Part shown: piece by piece, positions 25,831 to 38,147 of the stretch | How the letters are laid out: the number at the start of each line of letters is the position of its first letter | Position numbering within the stretch: position 1 is the first letter of the stretch | Assembly (NCBI RefSeq): GCF_006345805.1 | Contig: NC_043004.1 | Location: 90,582,001-90,646,000, forward strand | DNA length: 64,000 nucleotides | Direction of reading: 5' to 3' | DNA from: Octopus sinensis | Taxonomy: Eukaryota | Made by a program: the position numbers and the translations under genes | The notes under the pieces: model-generated | The model's input: only the letters and a program-made list of their open reading frames with translations | Told to the model about the DNA's origin: nothing | Database searches by the model: none

Positions 25831-27059
25831 CTCTGGAATTGTCATATGTCTTTCCTGCAGTCATTAATTTGCAGCTGTGAATGAAATCAATTTCACCAGT
25901 CTCTGATGGACTGCAAAGGCTATGGGTACAACATTTTCCGCCAGACCAAATTAACAAATTGATAAAATACATTATCAAACATTTTCTTTTCAAAAAATAG
26001 TAATGTATGATTTGTGGGAAATTTGAATGCTATTTATATTGAATAACCGTGTAAAATCTCACATTGTAATTTGACTAAGATGTCAATTAATTAAGAGTGC
26101 AGTTTTTATCTCAGTATATAAATTGTGAAGAGATAACATTTTAATGTTGTGTATTAAGTGCAAAAACAGTTATACAAATAGTGCATTTAGAATCAAGTCA
26201 ATATATGTTCAAGAGTTGCCTACAGCATGAGCAGCCAAGAACTGAATGCTATAAATTGCTGAAGTCCATGCCAAGAACTGAATAATTTTCATCTCTAAGC
26301 TTTGTAATGTTGAAAATATGGTCAGTGAATTAGGGAGCAACTTTGTTTGAAGAATGACTTGAGCAGGATATATTGGCTGTACAGCCAATATATTCTGCTC
26401 AAAGAGAATGGCCAGACCAGAGTTTAGGGAATATCAGAGAAAGAGAATTGACTACAATGGGTATCAAAGAAAGAGAAGTGACTATAATGAATATCAGAGA
26501 AAGGAAGGTGACTATAGTGGTACATGAACTTTAAGCTGTATGAAAAAGTGCCGTCAGTGGTTAGACCAAAATCTTGGTAAGCTTTGACAACAAATGGTTA
26601 GGTCAAATTTGAGAACATCTGACTATGCAGAGCTGAAACATATACACCAAGTTAGAGTTCGGTCATAGAAATGTTGTATTGCAAACTTGTACAGACTATT
26701 TTGTTTTTTTTTACTAAGGAAAAGTGAACTTTAAAAATAATTTAGATGATTGTGATAATAGTAATAATGACGATGGTAATGTTAAATATGTTTAAGAAAA
26801 AATGAATAATTAGCCAATGATGATGATGAGCATAGGTTTGAACTGGCCATGCTCCAAGCTATTTCTAACTTAATGGAGTCTTCTCATTACTGTGTCTTAT
26901 AGTTCAATACATTGTATTGTTGGCACTTGCATTACAAGCAATACTAATTGAAAGCTCTCAGATAAATTCAGTCATATGGGATTAGGATAGTTTTTTTTAA
27001 TATCTATTTAGCCTAAGGAGGGCTGGAAAACTTCAGGTCCTCCTTGCCTGGTGAGATTC

Positions 27060-27480
27060 TTGTTGTTAATAATGCTCAACTTGAGTTTTTGCTATAAAGT
27101 TCCACATCAGCCATGATCCAGCAAACCTGTGATTAGACAGCTATAAAATATTTTTTTCAGTCTTCGTGGGTCTAAGATTACATTATCTAATGTACCCCTT
27201 TTGTGAGATGGTAGAGTGTGATCTGTGTGAAGAGTTTGGCTGATATTTCTAACAGCGTCAAAGATTGTATTGAGGCACCTGCAGGCTAAAACCCTCTTGT
27301 AAAAATTGTGTGCTGAGGAGGAGTTCAGAAGGGTTGTAATTCTAGGAAGGAAGCATGGATAAAGTGTTAGTGAAAGTTTTTTAAGTATGGTGTAACTGTA
27401 TAAATACATAAATGCAAGGGTGAGCTTGAACAGTGGTGAGACAGTTGGCTATTTCAGACAATGAGGAACAGTTGTAGTAG
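27060..27480 (-). mobile_element. Possible degenerate Jockey/CR1-group RT fragment
   Basis: Weak similarity to RT N-terminal motifs (FLQEGF; TEKIF..GLL); heavily disrupted. Confidence 0.3.
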
Positions 27481-27826
27481 TGGTAAAAGGGACAAAACAG
27501 GCGATACATTTAAGATATGGGTACCTCTGCATAAAGTATTCAAGGGCTATTTCTAACCATGATCCCCACTTCCATTTCTCATAAGAGTTTAAAAAAATTT
27601 TTTAACACATTGATAAAAACCAATGTATTTTAGGCATGTTAATGCATCCATTTAGGGCAGGGGCTGACAGCAGATGGGTCACATCCCATAAATGAGCTAC
27701 TGAAGTTTTACTGTGGGCCTTAGACTTTTTCCAAAACTATTGTCAAAGTTAATGTATTTGTGGGTCATTAAGCAGTTGATGGCTTTTAGATAGCTTAGTA
27801 TGATTTGTTTAATTTTTGCATACATA

Positions 27827-28290
27827 GGCACAGGAGTGGCTGTGTGGTAAGTAGCTTGTTTACCAACCACATAGCTCCGGGTTCAGTCCCACTGTGTGGC
27901 ACCTTGGGCAAGTGTCTTCTACTATAGCCTCGGGCCGACCAAAGCCTTGTGAGTGGATTTGGTAGATGGAAACTGAAAGTGGTGCTATTAAGTTAGACAT
28001 GGCCTGGGCCAATAATGGCCGAAACCTATCAAAGTATCAAAGTATATATGTATATATATATATATATAGGCATGTGTGTGTTTGTGTGTTAGTGTTTGTC
28101 CCCCTAGCATAGCTTGACAACCGATGCTGGTGTGTTTATGTCCCAGTCACTTAGCGGTTCGGCAAAAGTGACCGATAGAATAAGTACTGGGCTTACAAAA
28201 GAATAAGTCCCGGGGTCGAGTTGCTCGATTAAAGGCGGTGCTTCAGCATGGCCGCAGTCAAATGATTGAAACGAGTAAAGAGAGAATAAG
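27827..28290 (+). mobile_element. SINE family A, full length (tRNA-like head, CORE-like segment, internal microsatellite) with a short insertion at ~27980-28040
   Basis: A-box-like TGGCTGTGTGG and B-box-like GGTTCAGTCCC, then CCTTGGGCAAGTG; 3' end CAGCATGGCCGCAGTCAAATGA..AGTAAAGAG. Confidence 0.9.
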
Positions 28291-28636
28291 CATTATCACT
28301 CATGGAAACAGTGAAGTACATGAGAATTTTTATATAATTTGTAATTTAATGTATTTAACATATAATTTAATGTATATATGGGTCATGGGCAAATGTAAAA
28401 ATTTATAAGTGGACTATTACAAAAAAAGTCAAAGTTAAATCTTTTAATTATCACAATACTAATAATGATAGATATGTTGGTATTGGTGTAATCATATGTA
28501 CAGGTCACAGTAGAATAGTGTGTAAGCCTTGAATAAAAATTAAACTTCAATTAATAGTGACTATCTCACAGAATTGCAATCAGTTTAGCAAAATATTAAG
28601 AATGCATCTTGCCAACGGTTAGGCCTTTCAGCATTT

Positions 28637-28831
28637 ATACTCTTTTACTTGTTTCAGTCATTTGACTGCGGCCATGCTGGAGCACCGCCTTTAGTTGAGC
28701 AAATCGACTCCGGGACTTATTCTTTGTAAGCCCAGTACTTATTCTATCGGTCTCTTTTGCCGAACCGCTAAGTGACGGGGACGTAAACACACCAGCATTG
28801 GTTGTCAAGCAATGCTAGGGGGACAAACACC

Positions 28832-28873
<42 letters not shown>

Positions 28874-29051
28874 TATATATACACATATATGACAGACTTC
28901 TTTCAGTTTCTGTCTACCAAATCCACTCACAAGGCATTGGTCGGCCCGGGGCTATAGCAGAAGACACTTGCCAAGATGCCACGCAGTGGGACTGAACCCG
29001 GAACCATGTGGTTGGTAAGCAAGCTACTTACCACACAGCCACTCCTGCGCC
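28637..29051 (-). mobile_element. SINE family A, full length, inverted relative to 27827-28290
   Basis: Reverse-complement match along its whole length. Confidence 0.9.
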
Positions 29052-29979
29052 TAATGTTGTTGTATTCAAAACAAATAGAATAGTGTATCTTGTCTAAGGT
29101 TTAACTTCTATTCATAACACTAATAATGTTAGATAATTTTAATATATTCATATAAGATAGAGTAGGGTGTCCTGATGTGACACTTCAGTTATTATAAATT
29201 TATAAGTGGGCCATTTTAAAAGAAGCCATTTTAATTATCATGATGATAGGATATATCAGTATTGATGTAATTAGCTATACAGGTCACAGTAGGATGGTGT
29301 ATAAAACCTTATTTAAAAATCATAAATTTTGATGGTTTTAATATATTAATGTAATTCATACAGTAATGTGTTCACAGTTCAGCACTCTATCATGATATTA
29401 ATGGCATTAGACATGTTGATATATTCATGGAGTAGTAGACTAGTGTGTCTTGTCCAAGATTTAAAACTTTTGTTATCATAGTACTAATAGTGTTAGATAT
29501 ACTAATATATTCGTATGGAGTGGTGTATGTATAAGTTTTATTATGAAAGAAAAACAATGCAGCTTCCTGTTAGACTTCTGGAGAGATTATCAAGCTATCA
29601 AAGTATAATGTATCACCAAGAGCTACCTGTATGGTAGTTAGAAAGTTTTGAAATATGGAAAGTAGATATTAGAGTATTTGGGTGTTACTTCGAACAAATT
29701 AGGTTGTTTTGAATAATTAAAAAAATTGGGGAAATATGACTAACTCTTTTATGGACAGATATCATTACTCACTGTTACATGAACGTCCATATGGCTTTTG
29801 GTCTTCTTATTAACATAAAACTGAGAGGCTACTGTTATAGATAAGTATTGCTATGTGTGTTAGTCAGTGGAGAATGATAGAAAGAGTGAAAGAAAAAGCA
29901 CAAGAAAAATGTTAAGGTAATCCTCAACTGGAGCTAGGGTGTGTAATGATGTTAGGCCACTGATGGTAGAATTTTCCAG

Positions 29980-30560
29980 TGGAATAGAATAAATTTGTGT
30001 AGGAACACCTGGTGAAAATCTCTTTTTCTGGATTATTGACATTTTCCTAAGGGTTTAATCTAATCTATTCTTTCTGCTCTGCAAAGCCTGCATTTTTTAC
30101 TGTAGTCACTATTTGGGTCTCTTAGTTTCTGGACATGGTTGGCTACCATTATGAATTTCCTTCTGTTGAGGTGTCTGAATGATAATCCATGGCTATAATA
30201 TCTTTGCTTGATTTTCTCTTCAAAAATACATATTCTTGATTCCCTGATTTGGCATAGTTGAGGTGACTTTACAGACCTCATTTTATGTTGCATTCCTTAT
30301 CATGAGCAAGTGTCTGCATTTTTGTATGAGCAATCCAGATTGCTTTGCTAACAAATAGGCTTACTTGGGTGAGCACCTTCATGTAGGGTCCATTATTGTA
30401 GTTGATTTTTACAGATGTCTGTTGAAAATTTTTCTAATTTTGTGATAACAAATTTACCTAGGAGGGCCAGGAATTCTTTTTACCTACATTAGATTTTTCA
30501 CATGAAGATAGAAGATACATATATTCTCTTTCTGGTTTGTGGCGGTAAAGAGTGTTTGGA
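29980..30560 (-). mobile_element. Penelope-like element C-terminal fragment (linker plus GIY-YIG endonuclease), degenerate
   Basis: KSNVGK(K)EFLALL; RYYSHGLSFRHLNRRK..ANHVQKLRDPNSDYS..CRLCRAERI, resembling the PLE GIY-YIG C-terminus. Confidence 0.65.
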
Positions 30561-30859
30561 ATTCTTTCCTCTATGTGTGTGTGTATGTGTGCATGCATGC
30601 ATGCCACACCCATATGTTTTGTTACCAGTATAGAGGATTCAAGTAATATAGTACCACTGTAGATTAAACTAAACTACTGCCTGGAAAAGAAGAGGATCTA
30701 GAAAGGAATATGCATTTGAAGGGCCTCTGTTTTTTTTTATGCCATATGGCCTCTGCAACAGAACACTAAGATGTAAATACTAAGAAATATTCTCTTTCAG
30801 GCTACATTATAGTTTTCTGTGAACCTCTGAGTTATAATAATGAATGTGTCTTTGTAATT

Positions 30860-32030
30860 ACTCGAATTTTTTAAAATGAACTTTACTAAAGACATGAATT
30901 TGATTAAAACCTCCAGAAATATGTTTTTTGGTTAGATAAAACTAATAACATATGAAATAGACAGTGACAAGCATAAAAAATTATACCATGATTACTTAAA
31001 TAATATAAGCCCCTTCCCCCCAAGAACTAGCAATAAGCGTTTAAGATAGCATTCAACAGAGAAGCTAGTTTCATAGACTAGAGTGTGAAGAAAGTGTTTA
31101 TAACTTTAAAAGATCACAAAATACACTTCACTAACAAACTTAGTTAATAGAACTAGTTAAGATAGAGATGAGATTAATGAACAAAAAGATACTAGAGAAT
31201 ATCAACAAAATTAGGAAGATAACAGTAACACAGCTTTCAACTGGTTCAGAGACATTATGGGTAAGACTTGGGGTAGATTAATACAATTTGATAGTGCAAG
31301 CTTCCACTTCTAGTTATCTAGATCCCTGCTAGTTAAGTCCATGGTATTAATTTGGAGATATGTCAGTATTAATGAAAATGATATTGAGATAATTATGCAT
31401 ACATACAAAACCTCTACTCTTTGATAAAGAGTCAACCTGGTTCAAGAAATCAGAACCTACAGATCTATCTGACATATCAATGGGCTTTTATGACAGCACT
31501 GGCTTATGTGATCATGTCACCCTCTTTGTAGGTAACACTAAATTCTCTAATTTCAGTAGTGGATGGTACTGAGATGATGGATTATCCATATCACACAACT
31601 TTGATGGCCACACACCAGATAATATTACAGAAAATCTCTTGACTGTTTTCAACAGCCTGGTACTTACAATTGTAGTAGCTACTTAACCTAGCAACTCTAG
31701 ACCTGGAATGTGATACAAACCCTTTCATAAATCAAATGATAAACTTAAAAAACAAGCAGTTCTTTCCACTTTCCCACCATTGTATTTAGAAACCTCAATT
31801 CTAATATATAAATAGGATAATTTCTAGCCTTTCCTCTGCTGAAGATATTTTTGATAAGTCGGCCTCTTGCTATTAGCAGATAGTGGCTTTGAGGTGAAAA
31901 CTTTCATTCATCCTGCATACCCCATCATCCTAGTCCTGGAATAGGCTCAGAGAGATCATATGGCTTGCACTCACCTTTCCTCTTAATGTTAAGATAAATG
32001 TAAATAAAAAAATTCTTGGATCTGATTCAT
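30860..32030 (+). mobile_element. Penelope-like element reverse transcriptase, degenerate
   Basis: VFITLKDHK, FNWFRDI..LIQFD, NENDIEIIMH, WFKK..DISMGFYD, WY*DDGL (YRDDGL motif), SSAEDIFDK, REIIW..NVKINVNKKFLDLI. Confidence 0.8.
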
Positions 32031-33560
32031 ACAACCATGATTAATTTTATTGAGTAGAAGGCAACTTCCCCAGTGCTGTTACGACAATAAACTGACTCAG
32101 TACATTGTAAAGCGGTTGATGTTAGGAAGGGCATCTAGCTGTAGAAACTAAACCACATGTCAAATACACAAATGAGACCTGTTCCCCCACTCCTCCTTCA
32201 CGCTGATGCATCTAACCCATGCCAGCATGGAAAGCAGATGTTAAAAGGATTATGATAATGATAAGATGATATGTGTGTGTATATATTTATATATGTTTGT
32301 ATATGTGTGTGTATGTATAACATTACCATTTTAATGTTCATTTTTCCATGCTTGCATGGGTCAAATGGAGTTTATTGAGGCAGATTTTCTACGACTGGAT
32401 GTCCTTTCTGTTGCCAATCATTACCTGTTTCCAAGCAAGGTAATGTTTCCCCATGGCCAGATATGATTTTGCAGAATATTAGAAATGAATGACACTGCTT
32501 GTATGACAGTAACTCTTATTTACACTATCTTGCAATGCCAAGACAAAGCAACATACACATACATATTAGTTGTCTTTGTCAACTTGTCTTTGAGTATGAT
32601 GTTGCTGTCAGCACATCCTTTGACTTTCAAAACAATATTATAATACACACTGGACCACCAATGTTCAAGTTTGCAACTACACACTTCTAGTCTAAGCCTG
32701 TATATGTTACTACTCATCTATCAGTATTAGACTTTCAAGAACAACAGATCATTTTTCTGATGGTAGTCATTTATTTCCAAGTTAACTTGTGCATGAGTAC
32801 ATTTTGAGTGCCTAATGGCTTGCACATTTCCTTATTTACTTTTTGAATGTTGCAAAACTTACCAATGACACAAATACATGAAATGACTGTTATTTACAAC
32901 ATTTGTAGGTTTTTCTGAGCTTTCCCTCTTACCATGGTGTTGAGCATTACTTAAACATATGTGCTGTCCAGTTGTCAATAAAGTTCATCTTGGAGATCAC
33001 AATACTCTTTACCATAATGCTAATCTGTTGACACATGTCTCTAGAGTTGCTGTTACCCATAGAAAAGCAAGATTTGTTATCAGAGCTTACTCTGCTAGTT
33101 CTGCTATGTTCAGTTAGAAACAGGATGTAATCTTAGAAATCACGTACATTGGTCGTTGTTGTGGAGAGGCTAGGAGCTCTTCCTTTGACTTCAGCGCACG
33201 TGGCACCCTGGTTCCTAAAGTTCAGGTAGAACTGCCATGTAAGTGATTCATCAAAAGTTCATCATTTCACACAGCACTATCTATTTTACTGAGCACTCCC
33301 ATCCCTGATTTCTGAAATCCAGGTAGAACTGAAGAGTAAACCGCTAGTTGACTAAGTTAGAATATAAAATTACAAAATATAGAAAATATACAAGAATCAT
33401 ATATTTATATATATATATAAAGTACACAAACATACTCAAAGAATATTAAATATATGAGAAAAAGGAGTATAGAAGAATATAAAGATGTGTTAAGATAACA
33501 TATAGAACAATCTATACAGGTGTACAAAATGTTGGATGACTATTGACTCTGCCTTTTGGC

Positions 33561-33605
<45 letters not shown>

Positions 33606-34099
33606 CTATATATACACACACACGTTGCAATGCATTAAAGTATTTATGAATTTCCACCCTTAAGTTCTCATTAATATTATATTTATCCTATGCTATAGCA
33701 GCACCAGACCAATAACCATCCCATAAAATTACTCTGAAAGATGGTGATAATAAGCAGTAGCCAGAAAATATAGCACTCAAAAACGTTTCCCATAAATGAA
33801 CTGAGAGACACACACACACACTGGATGTTAAGGATGATGAAGATGTATGTATATGTGATGGTTTTCTTTCAGTGTCAGTCTACCAAAGCCACTCACATGA
33901 CTCTGGTTGGCCCACACAGTGGCACTGATTCCCAAACCATGTTGACAAGAAGCAAACTTCTTTACCACACAGGCATACCTGCACCAATTTATCACTATCT
34001 CTCTCTCTCTGGCTGGGTTACGATGTAACCCCTCTCCAGCAAGATACCTGTTTCTGTCTCTTTGTCTCACTATAACTTGACACAAGATTACCTCCTCCA

Positions 34100-36340
34100 A
34101 TGCTCCCTACACTCTCAAAGGATCTTTGTCTTGCAAGCTACTTGATGACTCTGCCAGTGCTGGTGCCATGTAAAAAGCATCCAGTCCACATTGTAAAGTG
34201 GTTGTTGTTTGGAAGGGCATCCAACTGTATAAACTATACCAAAACTGATTTTATCTGTGCTTGTGCCATGTAAAAAGCACCCAGTCCACTCTGCTGGGTA
34301 GTTGTTGTTTGGAAGGGCATCCAACTGTATAAACTATACCAAAACTGATTTTATCTGTGCTTGTGCCATGTAAAAAGCACCCAGTCCACTCTGCTGGGTA
34401 GTTGTTGTTTGGAAGGGCATCCAACTGTATAAACTATACCAAAACTGATTTTATCTGTGCTTGTGCCATGTAAAAAGCACCCAGTCCACTCTGCTGGGTA
34501 GTTGTTGTTGGAAGGGCATCCAACTGTATAAACTATACCAAAACTGATTTTATCTGTGCTTGTGCCATGTAAAAAGCACCCAGTCCACTCTGCTGGGTAG
34601 TTGTTGTTTGGAAGGGCATCCAACTGTATAAACTATACCAAAACTGATTTTATCTGTGCTTGTGCCATGTAAAAAGCACCCAGTCCACTCTGCTGGGTAG
34701 TTGTGTTGGAAGGGCATCCAACTGTATAAACTATACCAAAACTGATTTTATCTGTGCTTGTGCCATGTAAAAAGCACCCAGTCCACTCTGCTGGGTAGTT
34801 GTGTTTGGAAGGGCATCCAACTGTATAAACTATACCAAAACTGATTTTATCTGTGCTTGTGCCATGTAAAAAGCACCCAGTCCACTCTGCTGGGTAGTTG
34901 TGTTGGAAGGGCATCCAACTGTATAAACTATACCAAAACTGATTTTATCTGTGCTTGTGCCATGTAAAAAGCATCCAGTCCACATTGTAAAGTGGTTGTT
35001 GTTTGGAAGGGCATCCAACTGTATAACTATACCAAAACTGATTTTATCTGTGCTTGTGCCATGTAAAAAGCACCCAGTCCACTCTGCTGGGTAGTTGTTG
35101 TTTGGAAGGGCATCCAACTGTATAAACTATACCAAAACTGATTTTATCTGTGCTTGTGCCATGTAAAAAGCACCCAGTCCACTCTGCTGGGTAGTTGTTG
35201 TTTGGAAGGGCATCCAACTGTATAAACTATACCAAAACTGATTTTATCTGTGCTTGTGCCATGTAAAAAGCACCCAGTCCACTCTGCTGGGTAGTTGTTG
35301 TTTGGAAGGGCATCCAACTGTATAAACTATACCAAAACTGATTTTATCTGTGCTTGTGCCATGTAAAAAGCACCCAGTCCACTCTGCTGGGTAGTGTTGT
35401 TTGGAAGGGCATCCAACTGTATAAACTATACCAAAACTGATTATCTGTGCTTGTGCCATGTAAAAAGCACCCAGTCCACTCTGCTGGGTAGTTGTTGTTT
35501 GGAAGGGCATCCAACTGTATAAACTATACCAAAACTGATTTTATCTGTGCTTGTGCCATGTAAAAAGCACCCAGTCCACTCTGCTGGTAGTTGTTGTTTG
35601 GAAGGGCATCCAACTGTATAAACTATACCAAAACTGATTTTATCTGTGCTTGTGCCATGTAAAAAGCACCCAGTCCACTCTGCTGGGTAGTTGTTGTTTG
35701 GAAGGGCATCCAACTGTATAAACTATACCAAAACTGATTTTATCTGTGCTTGTGCCATGTAAAAAGCACCCAGTCCACTCTGCTGGGTAGTTGTTGTTTG
35801 GAAGGGCATCCAACTGTATAAACTATACCAAAACTGATTTTATCTGTGCTTGTGCATGTAAAAAGCACCCAGTCCACTCTGCTGGGTAGTTGTTGTTGGA
35901 AGGGCATCCAACTGTATAAACTATACCAAAACTGATTTTATCTGTGCTTGTGCCATGTAAAAAGCCCCAGTCCACTCTGCTGGGTAGTTGTTGTTTGGAG
36001 GGCATCCAACTGTATAAACTATACCAAAACTGATTTTATCTGTGCTTGTGCCATGTAAAAAGCACCCAGTCCACTCTGCTGGGTAGTTGTTGTTTGGAAG
36101 GGCATCCAACTGTATAAACTATACCAAAACTGATTTTATCTGTGCTTGTGCCATGTAAAAAGCACCCAGTCCACTCTGCTGGGTAGTTGGTGTTAGGAAG
36201 GGCATTCAGCTGTAAAAACCGTGTCAAAACAAGCACAGAAATCTGTGCAGTCTTCTGCCTGACCAGCTCCTGTCAAACTGTCCAACCCATGCCAGCCTGG
36301 AAGGTGGATGTTAAACGATGATGATGATGATGATGATATG
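34100..36340 (+). mobile_element. Family-B retroposon tail hosting the internal tandem array
   Basis: Family-B-like sequence before 34163; normal tail resumes at ~36185 and ends TAAACGATGATGATG. Confidence 0.8.
34163..36190 (+). repeat. Tandem array: 20 full units plus a partial 21st of a 100-bp monomer
   Basis: Unit GTGCCATGTAAAAAGCACCCAGTCCACTCTGCTGGGTAGTTGTTGTTTGGAAGGGCATCCAACTGTATAAACTATACCAAAACTGATTTTATCTGTGCTT; starts counted at 34163, 34263, 34363 ... 36048, 36148; no unique spacers. Confidence 0.97.
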
Positions 36341-36759
36341 TGCATGCATGTGTATGCATGTGTGTGGGTGTGTGTGTGTGTGTATACTAGGCTGTGTGGT
36401 TAGGAAGCTTTTTTCTTAACAAGGTTTTAGGTTCAGTCCCATTGTGTGGCACCTTGAGTGTCTTCTGCCATAGCCTTGGGCCGACTGAAGCCTTGTGATT
36501 GAATTTGACGGGCGGAACTTCTTGTGTTTATACCTGTGTGTGAAGTGCTTGTATCTCCTTGAATATACATGTGTGTGTATACAGGATTACCTTAACAATG
36601 AGTCAATTGCTTCTAAATGTCTCATCATCAAGTGAAAGGTTAGTCATATAGAAAGATTATCATAAATAGTAGTTATGTTCCTGTTGATGACATAACTTCT
36701 AAACTATGAAAAATGAAGCAATAAAAAAGCAGTTTAGTCATATACAATCATCATATATA

Positions 36760-37596
36760 CAAGGTGTTCTGGTTAAATTCGATAGTTTGCATAAAAGAAA
36801 GAAAACACATTATCTCATCTAGAAATAAAAGTATTTAAAAAAATCAACAGTGTTATGGATGGAAGATGAGTTGACTCAAACTAGCTGCCCTCAGCTTCCA
36901 TCATGACCTCAAGACAGCTCTGGGACCTGGTGCATGCATTCCTTACTGTGTCCCTGGGAAAATCATTGAACATCTTGATTTTGGCCAACAGTTTGCTTTT
37001 GGTGTTGCAGGCAAAGTGGTTGGTGTCTTTTTCAATTGCACCCTATGGAATTACAATCAGGAAATTGGGGTTGGTGAAGTCATAGAAATTTTCTAATGAC
37101 CACTTTTGACTCTTTCTGGAGGTAAAGCAAAGAACTGAACCCTGCTGTCACACATGACCCTTAACAGGAACCTTCTCCTGTCAGAGTTTGACCACAGTCT
37201 ATTGGAGCTTCACATAGCTGTTCAAATTGAGCCTAAGGTCTTGTTGAAAGATGTGGGGCAGAATGATGTCACTCTTTGGCAATGCACCCAAAGACCATCA
37301 GAGTTTGGGAGAGCTTGGTTTTCATGATGTCTGTGTCACAGTTTACAGCCTTTACAGTGTACATAGCATTGAGCAGCTGTCATGACGTCAGCATTTTGAT
37401 ACTCAGTGCAAATCATCAGGATACAGATAACTCTTTCCCAATATTCAGATGGCTTCCAGTCCTCAATGTCAGCTAACTTTTTCTTAACCACAATAATCTT
37501 TATGCTCTCCAGCACCATTGACTGTTCACCAGTACATAAAGCTGATACTGAAAAAAAGATGTAAAAAATTGTCAAATTTAGCCCAAACACCCTCTG
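36760..37596 (-). mobile_element. Tc1/mariner-superfamily element (DD37D/maT-like C-terminus), internally deleted, with diverged ~28-bp TIRs
   Basis: HIFQQD..KSQKWSLENFYDF..AIEKDTN..RDTVRNACTRSQSCLEVMMEAEGS*FE; left end TA-CAAGGTGTTCTGGTTAAATTCG versus right-end reverse complement CAGAGGGTGTTTGGGCTAAATTTG. Confidence 0.75.
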
Positions 37597-37624
37597 TGTG
37601 TGTATATATGTTTCTTTTATTTTT

Positions 37625-37950
37625 TGCTTGTTCCAGTCATTAGACTGTGGCCATGCTGGGACACTACCTTGAAAAATTTTAAGTTGAATTTATTGGACCC
37701 CAGTGCATATTTTTTAAAAGCCTGGTGCCTATTCTATCGGTCTCTTTTTCACAACCACTAAGTTACGGGGGATGTAAACACAACACAAGCACATAGATAT
37801 TTACACACACACACACATGATGGGTATCTCCCAGTTTCCATCTACCAGATTCACTCTCAAGGCTTTGGTTGGCCAAAGGTGCTGAGTAGTGGGACTGAAT
37901 CCAAGACCACATGGCTGGGAAGCAAGCTTCTTAACCAAACAGTCATACCT
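37625..37950 (-). mobile_element. SINE family A, older diverged copy
   Basis: Reverse-complement similarity to 61199-61600. Confidence 0.75.
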
Positions 37951-37969
37951 ACCTTCGTAAAAAGTACCC

Positions 37970-38147
37970 ACTAACCCACTACACTCACGGAGTGGTTGGC
38001 GTTAGGAAGGGCATCCAGTCGTAGAAACATTGCCAGATCAGACTGGGCCTGGTGCAGCCTTCTGGCTTCCCAGACCCCCAGTTGAACCATCCAACCCATG
38101 CTATCATGGAAAGCGGACGCTAAACGATGATGATGATGATGATGATA
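37970..38147 (+). mobile_element. Retroposon 3' tail family B
   Basis: Standard sequence with (GAT)n tail. Confidence 0.9.

Noticed and set aside
34163-36190. CRISPR array, or a repeat-protein CDS from the overlapping ORFs at 34115-36236
   Set aside because: Units are contiguous with no unique spacers, there are no cas genes, and the context is eukaryotic. A 100-bp unit shifts frame with each copy.
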